IMG/VR virus record: IMGVR_UViG_3300005298_000038 | Coordinates: 1 to 8,816 of that record | DNA length: 8,816 nucleotides | Direction: 5' to 3' (one strand) | Shown: positions 1 through 6,599 of the stretch, one piece after another | How positions within the stretch are numbered: position 1 is the first letter of the stretch | Layout: each line of letters starts with the position of its first letter | Made by a program: the position numbers and the translations under genes | The notes under the pieces: generated by a model | What the model saw: only the letters and a program-made list of their open reading frames with translations | Databases searched by the model: none | Told to the model about the DNA's origin: nothing

Positions 1-464
1 AAGGCACTACCGCTACATTCGACATGGTTAATCCCCGCGACTTGATGCAAAAGGAAAATCCCATTAAAGGGAATTGAAAGACATAAGTGGCAGAGATGGC
101 AGACTGAACGTCAGAGGGAACGATGCAAAAGGAAAATCCCATTAAAGGGGATTGAAAGATGTGAATACTCTGATGATTAGTTTGGTGCTGTTTGGTGTGA
201 GATGCAAAAGGAAAATCCCATTAAAGGGAATTGAAAGGCGTACTGCAAGGACGCTATTGCGATTTTAAATGCTCTCCCGATGCAAAAGGAAAATCCCATT
301 AAAGGGAATTGAAAGTTTCTTCGCGTCTCCGGCGCCATTTAGCTGAGTACCGATGCAAAAGGAAAATCCCATTAAAGGGAATTGAAAGCTATCATTCATA
401 ATAGCCACCCTGTTGGAAAAATTTATTGATGCAAAAGGAAAATCCCATTAAAGGGAATTGAAAG
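1..464 (+). CRISPR. CRISPR array, 37-bp repeat GATGCAAAAGGAAAATCCCATTAAAGGGAATTGAAAG (continues off the left edge)
   Basis: Repeats at 44-80, 122-158 (one A>G at 150), 201-237, 279-315, 352-388 and 428-464, plus a probable repeat end (AAG) at 1-3. Unique spacers of 40, 41, 42, 41, 36 and 39 bp. The 3' ATTGAAAG end and internal TCCC/GGGA hairpin are typical of archaeal class 1 arrays and suggest + orientation. Confidence 0.98.
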
Positions 465-1036
465 ACAGCTAGTTTGTTGAAGATTTCGTAAGCTAAGTCT
501 TCGCCTTTGCGGTAACTGCTGTGTAGCATCCAAGTTTGTATTAGCTTCTTTTTGTTTTTTGTTTTGTAATCAAATAAAAGTTTGAACGTTGACGGTTTGG
601 TTGCTTTTGAATCTATCCATTCTTCCGTAACGCCGTGGGGTACAACGTGGACTGGAACTTTGACTCCAGAGTTCAGATAGGATTTTTGGGCAAAATATGA
701 TGGCACTATTATGGCTGTTGCGTAGTCTGTTAGTTTAACCGCATATTCTGTTAGGTGATCTGAGTCTGCAACGTCTACGCCTATAAGCCTTTCAGGCTTG
801 CCTATTTTCGCTAAAAGTCTCCTTTCATAAACTTGCACTGGGTAGAAGTAAGGGTGTAGAAAAAAGACGGCTTTGGTTGAAAGCTGGGCTATTGGCATTA
901 TAACCGTTAAGGCGTTTTCATCAACCTTTTGCACGTAGAAGTATTTGCTTAATTCTTTTATGTGATGCTCTGAGATGAAGTGCCAGCTTACCCATTTATT
1001 TAAGGGGTAAACGTAGAATATGGGGTGTAACGGCAT
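392..1036 (-). CDS. Viral GT4/GT-B glycosyltransferase, C-terminally truncated by the CRISPR array (genuine part 1036-465)
   Basis: Motifs recalled from rudiviral glycosyltransferases: YVYP..VS..F....HIK.L, HP.FY, GVDVADSD, NSG.KVP, HS..RKG.DL. The last ~23 aa (FQFPLMGFSFCINK...) are the reverse-translated repeat 6 and spacer. The C-terminal E-x7-E nucleotide-sugar motif is missing. Confidence 0.85.
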   Translation of the reverse strand: MPLHPIFYVYPLNKWVSWHFISEHHIKELSKYFYVQKVDENALTVIMPIAQLSTKAVFFLHPYFYPVQVYERRLLAKIGKPERLIGVDVADSDHLTEYAVKLTDYATAIIVPSYFAQKSYLNSGVKVPVHVVPHGVTEEWIDSKATKPSTFKLLFDYKTKNKKKLIQTWMLHSSYRKGEDLAYEIFNKLAVFQFPLMGFSFCINKFFQQGGYYE

Positions 1037-1046
1037 ATCATGTCGT

Positions 1047-1061
1047 ATAAAAAAATGGGGG
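1047..1061 (-). terminator. Putative oligo-T terminator downstream of the MCP1 gene
   Basis: Minus strand CCCCCATTTTTTT about 30-45 nt after the MCP1 stop; archaeal U-tract type. A TTTAAA at 1063-1068 may be the TATA box of a leaderless GT transcript. Confidence 0.45.
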
Positions 1062-1091
1062 ATTTAAATTTTAGTTATGGCGTTGCCGTGT

Positions 1092-1469
1092 TTATGGCGT
1101 TGCAACGACTTTAACTATGATGGCGTTAGCGATGTCTGTAAGGTAGCCCTCGTCTAAGCCATAAGCGTTCTTAAAGTAGGCAATGAGTCCAGTGGAGATG
1201 TTGTCTGAGGCTACTCCGCCTTGACGCATTACATGCTTCCAAAGCTTAAGTGCGAAGGCGAGGTATGTCGCCCTTGTACCGCCTGTTACGCCTTTAGCGT
1301 CTAGGTAATCTCTCACCATGGCTCTGATGGTGTCGACAGCGTTTAAGCCTGCTTGGGCACGGGCTAGAGCGACTGATTGAACATCGGTGAACCTTGTACC
1401 TACTACTGTTGGGTTGTATTTCGCCTGATATTTCTGAAACATGTCAATGCCAGACTTATACAACGGCAT
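1092..1469 (-). CDS. Major capsid protein 1, SIRV2-like fold
   Basis: 125 aa. KYQAKYNPTV...KGVTGGTRATYLAFALKL...GLIAYFKNAYGLD..YL matches the recalled SIRV coat-protein pattern KWQAKF...NPTV...YGITGPNRAIYQGFGLK...GLKGYYISAFNAN..VL. Has an AGGTGA RBS (1476-1481) and its own TATA box. Confidence 0.9.
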   Translation of the reverse strand: MPLYKSGIDMFQKYQAKYNPTVVGTRFTDVQSVALARAQAGLNAVDTIRAMVRDYLDAKGVTGGTRATYLAFALKLWKHVMRQGGVASDNISTGLIAYFKNAYGLDEGYLTDIANAIIVKVVATP

Positions 1470-1652
1470 ACAATTTCACCTATTCTTTTCTACGCATGTA
1501 TATTGATATGATATTGTTCATAAAGGTTTGGCAAGGGGAAGGAAGCATATAGCTAAAGTATTCCATGATCATGGCTAACATCTTTAGTTATTTATGATTT
1601 GTGTAAAGCTTCGAAATCATTATATAGATGATTGTTTTAAGAATGGTTTGGC
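1470..1652. promoter_or_regulatory. Divergent promoter region between the two capsid genes
   Basis: Minus-strand BRE/TATA-like AAACCTTTATGAA at 1517-1529. Plus-strand TTATATA at 1620-1626, ~27 nt before ATG 1653 (leaderless), inside the inverted repeat AATCAT-N7-ATGATT. Central palindrome CCATGATCATGG at 1563-1574. Confidence 0.65.
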
Positions 1653-2108
1653 ATGACTGTTATAAAGTCTGAAGAGTTAAGTCTGAAAAAGCTGGTTGCA
1701 AGGTCTAATCCAACTACTTTAAGCGCTATTATTGCGGATTCTACTGAGGTGAAGCTTAAAAAGATGAGCGCTTGGGTTAGGATTTGCTACAGGCTGAACA
1801 GGGCTGTTAAACCTATTGTTGATAAGCATGGCATAACAGGGATGATAAGGGTGGGCTACTATGACTATTCTAAGTCTCTTTGGAAGTTTTTGACCAAGTA
1901 TCCTGAAAGTGTTTGGGATAGGTATATTAAGGCTAAGTTTGATTATTATGTGCAGGCGCATCAGCTTAATCCAGAGGTTTTGAAGGAAGTTACAGACGTA
2001 ACAGTTAAAACTATCAAGGAGATACTTAGTGAGGTGGGGGTGGAAAAGGTTGGGGGCGAGGAAACTGGAGATAGTGGTGCCAGCGAGGTTGTGGGAGAAA
2101 CTGAGTGA
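1653..2108 (+). CDS. Second SIRV2-fold capsid protein paralog (MCP2)
   Basis: Shares with MCP1 the motifs NPT, G[VI]TGxxRxxYxx[FY]xxxLWK and Y[FY]xxAxxL[DN]xxxLx[DE][IV]. Acidic C-terminal tail overlaps the next gene. Confidence 0.8.
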   Translation: MTVIKSEELSLKKLVARSNPTTLSAIIADSTEVKLKKMSAWVRICYRLNRAVKPIVDKHGITGMIRVGYYDYSKSLWKFLTKYPESVWDRYIKAKFDYYVQAHQLNPEVLKEVTDVTVKTIKEILSEVGVEKVGGEETGDSGASEVVGETE

Positions 2109-2223
2109 TTTTGAGGCTAAAACAGGTGTGCGTAAAGAAGATATATTGATGCGTGCAGTTATCAATATTATTGAAGGTGTGAGATGCCCGAAGTGTGGAA
2201 GCGTGTTTAGGGAGTTTGAGTAG
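2050..2223 (+). CDS. Ribbon-helix-helix DNA-binding protein with C-terminal CxxC
   Basis: RKLEIVVPARLWEKL...TGVRKEDILMRAVINII is a CopG-like strand-helix-helix pattern, followed by CPKC. Probable TTG start at 2050 after GGGGTGG; the ORF is open from 2029. Confidence 0.7.
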   Translation: MGARKLEIVVPARLWEKLSDFEAKTGVRKEDILMRAVINIIEGVRCPKCGSVFREFE

Positions 2224-2224
2224 G

Positions 2225-2530
2225 ATGAGTCTGTCTCAGAAGGTTTTAGCCCTTGTAGCTGGAATTGACAACCCGAAAGTAAGGTTCGACATAATGTCCA
2301 CCGTAAACTTCCTTTTCAATTTGTTTATAAGCGGAAGGGTTAATGAAGAACAGCTTAGAGGCGACCTGTTCGAAATTTGCTTAAGTGTGCTTACAGAATC
2401 TTCCCCAGAGTTGACAGAGGAAGAGATTAGAAAGAGAGCCAGCATGTTAGCTGATGAGCTTGTTAGAACCATGAAAATTGAAGGTGTTTCAAAAAGGGCA
2501 CTGGCAAGGTTTGCAAGACTGCCGTTCTAG
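2225..2530 (+). CDS. Hypothetical alpha-helical viral protein (101 aa)
   Basis: ATG at 2225 directly follows the upstream stop (TAG-G-ATG). Protein-like amphipathic helices. Ends convergent with the minus-strand operon. Confidence 0.75.
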   Translation: MSLSQKVLALVAGIDNPKVRFDIMSTVNFLFNLFISGRVNEEQLRGDLFEICLSVLTESSPELTEEEIRKRASMLADELVRTMKIEGVSKRALARFARLPF

Positions 2531-2536
2531 CTTGTT

Positions 2537-2752
2537 CTACGCTTTACCTTTTCTGGTTTTAATTTTCTTCAACAGCCAATGTAAAGCTACGATAAGGGAT
2601 ACTATATAGAGAATTCCAAAGGGGTTAATGCAGAGAAAGTAGAGAATCCATATGTTGACGGGTGTAGGCATTGGTATGACGGCGAAGATTGCTGGGATTA
2701 CGAAGTTTATGGTCAGTATTAGGATTAGGAAGGGTTTAGATTCCTTTTTCAT
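2537..2752 (-). CDS. Small membrane protein (about 2 TM helices, basic termini)
   Basis: Two long hydrophobic stretches flanked by Lys-rich ends. ATG at 2752 lies just after the Hjc stop; an alternative GTG start is at 2761. Confidence 0.6.
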   Translation of the reverse strand: MKKESKPFLILILTINFVIPAIFAVIPMPTPVNIWILYFLCINPFGILYIVSLIVALHWLLKKIKTRKGKA

Positions 2753-2753
2753 T

Positions 2754-3053
2754 TTAAACACCGATGAACTGGTATTTTCTGCCGTCTTTTTTCATGTAGG
2801 CTACTGCTTTACATGTGTAGGTTCCTTCCAAGGCTTTTAGCTCCTTGAAACGCTGTTGAAGTTTGGATGTGTCTTTTGGCGCCTCTTCCTTTTTGCATTG
2901 AACCAGCCAGATTTCTCTGCGGTCTGGGAATATGGCGATTAGGTCTGCTGGGGACAGGCTTCTGGCTGAGCGGACAACTATGGCGGCTCCTTGTTTCAGA
3001 AGCTCGTCTTTAGCTTTTAACTCTATGAAATAGCCAGTCTTATACTTGCTCAA
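2754..3053 (-). CDS. hjc: Archaeal-type Holliday junction resolvase (Hjc family, PD-(D/E)xK)
   Basis: G..IE.K....L...G...VVRSA.S.SPADLIAI......LVQCK matches the Hjc pattern, with Q in the E-x-K position. Rudiviruses are known to encode Hjc-type resolvases. Confidence 0.85.
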   Translation of the reverse strand: MSKYKTGYFIELKAKDELLKQGAAIVVRSARSLSPADLIAIFPDRREIWLVQCKKEEAPKDTSKLQQRFKELKALEGTYTCKAVAYMKKDGRKYQFIGV

Positions 3054-3774
3054 GGTTTATCCCTCTGAGGTTTTTCCCTTTGACTTGTATTCCGCTTGCC
3101 TTTAGTAATCTGATTAGGCGGGTTGTTTGTTCTAGACTTGGTTCGGGAAGTTGTATTAGGTTGGGTTTGCTGTTATAGCCTATCCATACGTATTCTGGTT
3201 CTGTTTCAGTTATCATTTTGAAGAATGGGTCTAAATCAAAATCTAGTATTGGTTCTATAGTTATGACTTTACGTGGAAATATTATCTCTTTGAAGGCTTT
3301 ATGTCTTCTTGTCGGTGGAGGTGCACGTGATATAGCTCTATAATTATCATCTCTATTGGTCTCCAACGTTTCTATTATTATCGCATTATCAACCCCATCG
3401 TTAATAATTTCTGGGACACTTCTTGGACTTGTTGTTGATAGTGTTTCCCAATCTTTACTTTGAAAATAGAACACCTTATCTGAGCAACGTTTTTGATGCA
3501 TTGAAATATAATGAATAATTTTACACATATAACCTAGTGAACAAAAAGCTATGTCTCCGTCTCCACATACGAAAACTATTTTTGAACTAGGAATTCTTTT
3601 AAGCCTTTCAGGATGATAATGCGGAGTGTAATTGTAACAGTCTATGCAATTATGTTTACCCCATCTTTTAAGCTGTCTTTGGAATGAAACTTTACAGTAA
3701 ATACAATCGTGATAGCATCCTACATAAGGATTCCACGTTTTAGTTTCAGCGTACATATGGGTTCTGGTTTGCAT
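3040..3774 (-). CDS. DUF5131 (phage Gp37/Gp68)-like radical-SAM protein
   Basis: TWNPYVGCYHDCIYC (CxxxCxxC), VFVCGDGD, FYFQSK, TIEPIL and VWIGYNS correspond in order to the conserved blocks of DUF5131-like proteins. Confidence 0.75.
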   Translation of the reverse strand: MQTRTHMYAETKTWNPYVGCYHDCIYCKVSFQRQLKRWGKHNCIDCYNYTPHYHPERLKRIPSSKIVFVCGDGDIAFCSLGYMCKIIHYISMHQKRCSDKVFYFQSKDWETLSTTSPRSVPEIINDGVDNAIIIETLETNRDDNYRAISRAPPPTRRHKAFKEIIFPRKVITIEPILDFDLDPFFKMITETEPEYVWIGYNSKPNLIQLPEPSLEQTTRLIRLLKASGIQVKGKNLRGINLEQV

Positions 3775-3801
3775 ACTTCAACACTCCCTTAATCCTCTCC
3801 A

Positions 3802-3975
3802 TTATACTGGTTTTACCCATCCTTTTAGAATTAGCCTAAATAGAGCGATGCAGACCATTGGTGACCATGCGATGTTATGCTTTAAGCATTCTCTGTTGAA
3901 GGGACACTTGTTATATATTGGGCATTTTGAAGGAATCGCTTCTGGAATAAGGTATGATTCGCTTAGTTTAACCAT
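3802..3975 (-). CDS. Small Cys-rich hypothetical protein
   Basis: AGGTGA RBS ~8 nt before ATG 3975; four Cys; overlaps the upstream stop as in an operon. Confidence 0.6.
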   Translation of the reverse strand: MVKLSESYLIPEAIPSKCPIYNKCPFNRECLKHNIAWSPMVCIALFRLILKGWVKPV

Positions 3976-4168
3976 GTTGACCATCACCTAGTAGAATTTT
4001 GAGGATTTCTGCTACTTTATATTTTCTTGAGTTGTTTATGATTTCGTTGTAGCAGTCTAGGCATAGGTTTAGTTTTATTTTGATGTTTTTTGGGAAGTGT
4101 ACTGTGATTTCGTACCATGCTATGGTTATGTCTCCGCATCGGTCACACATTACATCCAAATTAACCAC
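3968..4168 (-). CDS. Small zinc-finger protein (CDRC...CLDC)
   Basis: Two CxxC pairs; coupled to both neighbours. The start could be TTG 4159. Confidence 0.7.
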   Translation of the reverse strand: MVNLDVMCDRCGDITIAWYEITVHFPKNIKIKLNLCLDCYNEIINNSRKYKVAEILKILLGDGQHG

Positions 4169-4349
4169 CTTGCCTTCTGCATTTTTTAATGTAGGCGTAT
4201 GGTGTCATGTATTGGAGTTTTGTGCATGTTTCATTGGGTTTTTTAAGGATTAGGGCGCATATGGGATATGCATTTGTTCGGGTTCTGTAGATGCGTCGCC
4301 ATGCACATCTGCCGTTGTAAGTGCAGATTGGAAGACAGTTAGGATTCAT
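4161..4349 (-). CDS. Small basic Cys-rich hypothetical protein
   Basis: Six Cys; ATG 4 nt after the upstream stop with a GGGGGT RBS-like element. Confidence 0.6.
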   Translation of the reverse strand: MNPNCLPICTYNGRCAWRRIYRTRTNAYPICALILKKPNETCTKLQYMTPYAYIKKCRRQGG

Positions 4350-4352
4350 ATG

Positions 4353-4883
4353 CTACCCCCTTCTCAGTCCGTTTGCGTATTTTGATTGGCTTACGCCTAG
4401 TGAGCCTAATGTTCGCATGATTATGTAGTTTGCTAGTTTCTCGTTTTTTTGGAGGTCTTTTTTGTTTATGTAGAATTTTTGGTTTTGTAGGTCGAAGTAT
4501 AGGGGTATTCTGCCCTGTGTGTGGTGGTTTTTGCGTTTGGCTATGACGTGTAGGGTTTTTCCTTTCCATGTTATTTTACGCATGTAGAAGCCTTCCTCAG
4601 GGTATCTGTGTTGTAGCCTTTCAACGTATATGCGTAGGTCTGTTTCTGTTAGGTGTGGAGCGTTTGATTTTTTGGTTATTATGAAGTCGGCTTTGTATCT
4701 TCCGTATTGGCTTCCGCCTTCAACTATAGGCGTGTGTTCTTTGAATATTTCGATCAGTCTTAGTCCTAGCCCGTGTTCTTCATCGTGACATGATTTGCAT
4801 AGGCGTATGTATTCCAGTGTGCTGTAGTCGGTGATGTGAATGTATAGGGGTGGTTTGGTTGTTCCACATTTCTCGCATTGCAC
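4353..4883 (-). CDS. Protein with N-terminal HNH-like zinc module and unknown basic C-terminal domain
   Basis: CEKC...LYIH...LCKSCHDEEH resembles a degenerate HNH Zn-finger. GGTGA RBS before the GTG start. First gene behind a TTTATAAA promoter. Confidence 0.7.
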   Translation of the reverse strand: MQCEKCGTTKPPLYIHITDYSTLEYIRLCKSCHDEEHGLGLRLIEIFKEHTPIVEGGSQYGRYKADFIITKKSNAPHLTETDLRIYVERLQHRYPEEGFYMRKITWKGKTLHVIAKRKNHHTQGRIPLYFDLQNQKFYINKKDLQKNEKLANYIIMRTLGSLGVSQSKYANGLRRG

Positions 4884-4903
4884 CCTTAATCACCATATAT
4901 ATC

Positions 4904-4956
4904 TTATGTGTTTATGGTTTATAAACTTTATGTATTCTGGAGGTAAAATTTAATAA
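4904..4956. promoter_or_regulatory. Bidirectional promoter with three CATAA boxes around a TTTATAAA TATA box
   Basis: TTATG at 4904-4908, 4912-4916 and 4928-4932; TTTATAAA at 4918-4925 (minus operon); TTTAATAA at 4949-4956 (plus gene). Confidence 0.65.
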
Positions 4957-4990
4957 ATCAAAAACACATGTAAGGTAGTTGGGATGATGT

Positions 4991-5263
4991 ATGAGTGACA
5001 TCGTGGTTGGTTTGCTGAAGGCGTTTGCTCCTACTGTTGCGGAGAAGTTGTTAAGTGTTATTGGGGATCGGAGGATCAGGCGTGATGATTTGAATTTGAT
5101 TATTATTAGTTTGTTGGCGGAGCAGAATCATAATATTGTTAAGAGTATGGATGAGATGTGTAATAGGCTGTATAAGCTGAATGAGGAGATGAATACTGTT
5201 TTGCGTGAGCTAAAAATAACTAATGAGGGCATTGCTGTTCTTTTGAAGCGGACTGAGCGTTAA
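4991..5263 (+). CDS. Hypothetical 90-aa protein with amphipathic N-terminus and C-terminal coiled coil
   Basis: Own TATA box and GGGATG RBS-like element. Heptad pattern in MDEMCNRLYKLNEEMNTVLRELKITNEGIAVLL. Confidence 0.7.
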   Translation: MSDIVVGLLKAFAPTVAEKLLSVIGDRRIRRDDLNLIIISLLAEQNHNIVKSMDEMCNRLYKLNEEMNTVLRELKITNEGIAVLLKRTER

Positions 5264-5423
5264 GTTTCTGTTTTATTGCTGGTATGAAGAGTTTCGGGTT
5301 TTCTAGGAAAATGTCTGTGATTGTTTTTAATAGTTTATAGTTTGAAATGTTTAGTTCCTTGGCTATTGATCTGAATTTTCTGTACTGTTTCTTGTTAAGG
5401 TGGACTGTAACGTCTATACTCAT
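5220..5423 (-). CDS. Ribbon-helix-helix DNA-binding protein
   Basis: DVTVHLNKKQYRKFRSIAKELNISNYKLLKTITDIFL is an RHH pattern. ATGA coupling with the upstream gene. Confidence 0.7.
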   Translation of the reverse strand: MSIDVTVHLNKKQYRKFRSIAKELNISNYKLLKTITDIFLENPKLFIPAIKQKLNAQSASKEQQCPH

Positions 5424-5638
5424 ATGCCTTCACCGTTCTTAAACTTGAAAATGAATGTACATCCGTTGCTGCGTGGAATAATTTCCAAGTCGTCCACGTT
5501 TTGCAACAGTTTCTCTAGGTCTTGTTTGTTTACAATAAAATCCACAACCATTACAAATTTTATTTCGTTTTGACCTCGGTAACGGTAAATCAACCTGTAG
5601 TCAGCAAGTGTTTGCAAAGCTTTAAACAAATCCTCCAT
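5420..5638 (-). CDS. Hypothetical small alpha/beta protein
   Basis: GGAGAGTGA RBS upstream; coupled to the downstream RHH gene. Confidence 0.65.
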   Translation of the reverse strand: MEDLFKALQTLADYRLIYRYRGQNEIKFVMVVDFIVNKQDLEKLLQNVDDLEIIPRSNGCTFIFKFKNGEGI

Positions 5639-5694
5639 TGCGTTTCACTCTCCTTTTTCTTTATGATTTCATGAAACCCGTTCAGTCCAGTTGC

Positions 5695-6033
5695 TCATTT
5701 GAATGTCCCTATGGTTTTCTGTTTCGGGCTTAATGCTTGTCTGAACAGCTTACTTCTTTTCTGCCTTTTTTCTAGAATTTCTGGTCTTGGAAGGTAGTTT
5801 CCTTGTTCTTGGATTTTTTGTCGCATTCTGCGTATGGTTTCTGGGTGTGTAGCCCTGTAGAGGAAGTCTCTTCGGAATTCCTTTGGGATGTTGATTTTAT
5901 CAACTAGTTCCCAGTATAGGAGCATAAGTAGCTTATCGTTGGAGCGTGCATCTGGGTAATGGGCTAGCAAGTAGCGTACTGCCGTTTCCGTGTTTGATAG
6001 AGTATTTTTTAGCTGTTCTTGTGTTTCAGTCAT
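5695..6033 (-). CDS. Conserved hypothetical viral protein (P.AR..D..L...YW...PETIRR.RQKIQ....LP type)
   Basis: Motif pattern recalled from uncharacterised phage and archaeal virus proteins; basic, possibly DNA-binding. AGGTGAGG RBS. Confidence 0.75.
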   Translation of the reverse strand: MTETQEQLKNTLSNTETAVRYLLAHYPDARSNDKLLMLLYWELVDKINIPKEFRRDFLYRATHPETIRRMRQKIQEQGNYLPRPEILEKRQKRSKLFRQALSPKQKTIGTFK

Positions 6034-6056
6034 GCTTATTCCTCACCTTCCCTTTT

Positions 6057-6147
6057 TTGGCGGGAGTTAGCCAACGGTCGCCTCAACCAGCTTAGGTTGG
6101 CAACCCATACGCAGAAAAGTGCTTTTGGGCTGTCCTCCTTTCGCCAA
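6057..6147 (-). ncRNA. Putative structured RNA element (multi-stem) in an intergenic gap
   Basis: About 55% GC (50/91) in an AT-rich genome. Nested complementary arms on the minus strand: UUGGCG/CGCCAA plus GGAG/CUCC, CAGCCC/GGGUUG and GCCAAC/GUUGGC. Confidence 0.4.
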
Positions 6148-6158
6148 TAGCAATCCCT

Positions 6159-6353
6159 CTATTGTCTTGCAGTGTAATCACCTTGGGTTGACTTTACAAC
6201 GAATCTCACCAAAACAAAGTCTGCACCCTTTAATCGTGCCTCATAAATCGCCAACGCAACTTCTTCTGCTCTCGCATTATACATTTTGTTGTAGTAAACA
6301 CAGTTCTCATTGTTATATCCAGCTAACACCACAACAATCATGTCTTCGCTCAC
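6159..6353 (-). CDS. Hypothetical small protein
   Basis: Strong GGAGGTGAGG RBS before the GTG start; in operon orientation. Confidence 0.65.
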   Translation of the reverse strand: MSEDMIVVVLAGYNNENCVYYNKMYNARAEEVALAIYEARLKGADFVLVRFVVKSTQGDYTARQ

Positions 6354-6377
6354 AGCTATTCCTCACCTCCAGCGCAT

Positions 6378-6599
6378 TTATGTTATTCGTTTTCCTTTTG
6401 CTTCTAGGCGTAGGCTTTTTAGGTAGCATAGGGGGCTGTCTTTCTGCTTACATGTGTATGCTAGGCTACAGTCCACTGGTTTGCCGTTTACAAGTTCGCC
6501 GTTAATCAATTTTTGGTTTACCAAGGTTATGCGGGCTTCTAGGCGAGATGCTGGACAGAAGGTTTTAATCTCGTAATAATGGAGTTCGCTCATTGTCAT
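6378..6599 (-). CDS. Small Cys-containing hypothetical protein
   Basis: Four Cys (C...Cx5Cx7C); ATGA overlap with the upstream gene. Confidence 0.65.
   Translation of the reverse strand: MTMSELHYYEIKTFCPASRLEARITLVNQKLINGELVNGKPVDCSLAYTCKQKDSPLCYLKSLRLEAKGKRIT

Noticed and set aside
4-427. Spacers self-targeting the viral region in this window
   Set aside because: By eye only short (<=9-nt) matches were found; an alignment would be needed to fully exclude it.
392-464. C-terminal ~23 aa of the glycosyltransferase ORF as real protein sequence
   Set aside because: It is the antisense translation of CRISPR repeat 6 and a spacer.
1719-2165. 148-aa minus-strand ORF
   Set aside because: Antisense shadow of MCP2 and the RHH gene; no motif or RBS.
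2236-2472. 78-aa minus-strand ORF
   Set aside because: Ser/Leu-rich shadow of the plus-strand gene 2225-2530.
2652-2840. 62-aa plus-strand ORF
   Set aside because: Antisense to hjc and the membrane protein gene.
4339-4569. 76-aa basic minus-strand ORF
   Set aside because: Alternative frame almost wholly inside 4353-4883; its K/P/T/H bias reflects the A/C-rich strand.
4991-5263. Pyramid-forming PVAP homolog
   Set aside because: Similar size and coiled coil, but no uninterrupted N-terminal transmembrane helix and no recognisable similarity.
6057-6147. Hammerhead ribozyme or tRNA identity for the structured element
   Set aside because: No CUGANGA core on either strand and no tRNA T-loop or cloverleaf signature.
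6119-6505. 128-aa plus-strand ORF
   Set aside because: Antisense to two RBS-bearing operon genes.
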